Source: Macrostomum lignano | Lineage: Eukaryota | Reading direction: 5' to 3' | Length of the DNA: 64,000 bases | Assembly: GCA_002269645.1 (NCBI GenBank) | Contig: NIVC01000621.1 | Coordinates: 434,001 to 498,000, forward strand | Shown here: piece after piece, positions 62,820-64,000 of the stretch | Numbering within the stretch: the stretch's first letter is position 1 | Layout of the letters: each line of letters begins with the position of its first letter | Program-made: the position numbers and the translations under genes | Notes under the pieces: generated by a model | What the model was told of the DNA's origin: nothing | What the model saw: the letters and a program-made list of their open reading frames with translations, nothing else | The model's database searches: none

Positions 62820-64000
62820 CTAAATTTGATCTGATTTCGGCGCTAAATTTGATCTGATTTTGGCGCTAAATTTGATCTCATTTTGGCGCTAAATTTGATA
62901 TGATTTTGGCGCTAAATTTGATCTGATTTTGGCGCTAAATTTGATATGATTTTTGCGCTAAATTTGATCTGATTTTGGCGCTAAATTTGATATGATTTTG
63001 GCGCTAAATTTGATCTTATTTTGGCGCTAAATTTGATCTGAATTTGTCGCTACATTTGATTTGATTTTGGCGCTACATTTGATCTGATTTTGGCGCTACA
63101 TTTGATCTGATTTTTGCGCTACATTTGATCTGATTTTTGCGCTAAATTTGATCTGAATTTGTCGCTACATTTGATCTGATTTTGGCGCTACATTTGATCT
63201 GATTTTGGCGCTACATTTGATCTGATTTTGTCGCTAAATTTGAACTGATTTTTTCGCTAAATTTGAACTGATTTTGGCGCTTCATTTGATCCGATTTTGG
63301 CGCTACATTTGATCTGATTTTGTCGCTAAATTTGAACTGATTTTGGCGCTACATTTGAACTGATTTTGGCGCTACATTTGATCTGATTTTGGCGCTAAAT
63401 TTGATTTTTTTTTGGCGCTACATTTGATATGATTTTGGCGCTAAATTTGATCCGATTTTGGCGCTACATTTAATATGATTTTGGCGCTACATTTGATCCG
63501 ATTTTGGCGCTACATTTGATCTGATTTTTGCACTAGATTTGACCTGATTTTTGCACTAGATTTGATCTGATATTGGCGCTACATTTGATCTGATTTTGGC
63601 GCTAGATTTGATCTGATTTTGGCGCTAAATTTGAACTGATTTTGGCGCTAAATTTGATCTGATTTTGGCGCTAAATTTGATCTCATTTTGGCGCTAAATT
63701 TGATCTGATTTTGTCGCTACATTTGATCTGATTTTTGCGCTACATTTGATCTGATTTTTGCGCTACATTTGATCTGATTTTGGCGCTAAATTTGATCTGC
63801 TTTTGGCGCTAAATTTGATCTGAATTTGTCGCTACATTTGATCTGATTTTGGCGCTACATTTGATCTGATTTTTGCGCTAAATTTGATCTGATTTTGTCG
63901 CTACATTTGATCTGATTTTTGCGCTACATTTGAACTGATTTTGGCGCTAAATTTGAACTGATTTTGGCGCTAAATTTGATCTGATTTTTGCGCTAAATTT
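62820..64000. repeat. 23-bp minisatellite running off the right edge
   Basis: Unit AATTTGATCTGATTTTGGCGCTA. Confidence 0.97.

Noticed and set aside
22800-64000. Long repetitive ORFs (e.g. 23203-24156, 35242-36346, 39187-40132, 43265-45579, 52417-53337, 57781-58797, 61609-62359) as proteins
   Set aside because: They are translations of tandem repeats, open in several frames and on both strands, and many lie inside defined introns.

Overview
Eukaryotic (animal) genomic DNA, not prokaryotic. Spliced genes sit among dozens of minisatellites; the style resembles the flatworm Macrostomum lignano, which is inference only. From left to right: (1) the 5' half of a Ty3/gypsy LTR retrotransposon (-), with a 190-bp LTR, PBS, gag and pol, and two lesions; (2) an ANKRD63-like ankyrin gene (+); (3) four co-oriented minus-strand genes, an LRR protein, TMEM179 (CORE-SINE in intron 3), TBCC and pinin (PNN); (4) DNAJC8 (+), head-to-head with PNN inside a ~10-kb AT-rich, minisatellite-free block that holds a large fold-back repeat; (5) ~25 kb of mostly tandem repeats with short unique islands that probably hide unresolved exons; (6) an intact piggyBac-type transposase (-) bracketed by a perfect 88-bp direct repeat instead of TTAA. 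Three patterns stand out. Almost every intron carries its own minisatellite, and several units look like tandem 3' splice sites; in TBCC the array supplies the real acceptor. At least eight arrays of different period share a TTTTGGCGC(C/T)A, E2F-like core. The piggyBac has an atypical insertion structure. All exon coordinates were derived by hand from splice consensus and reading phase.
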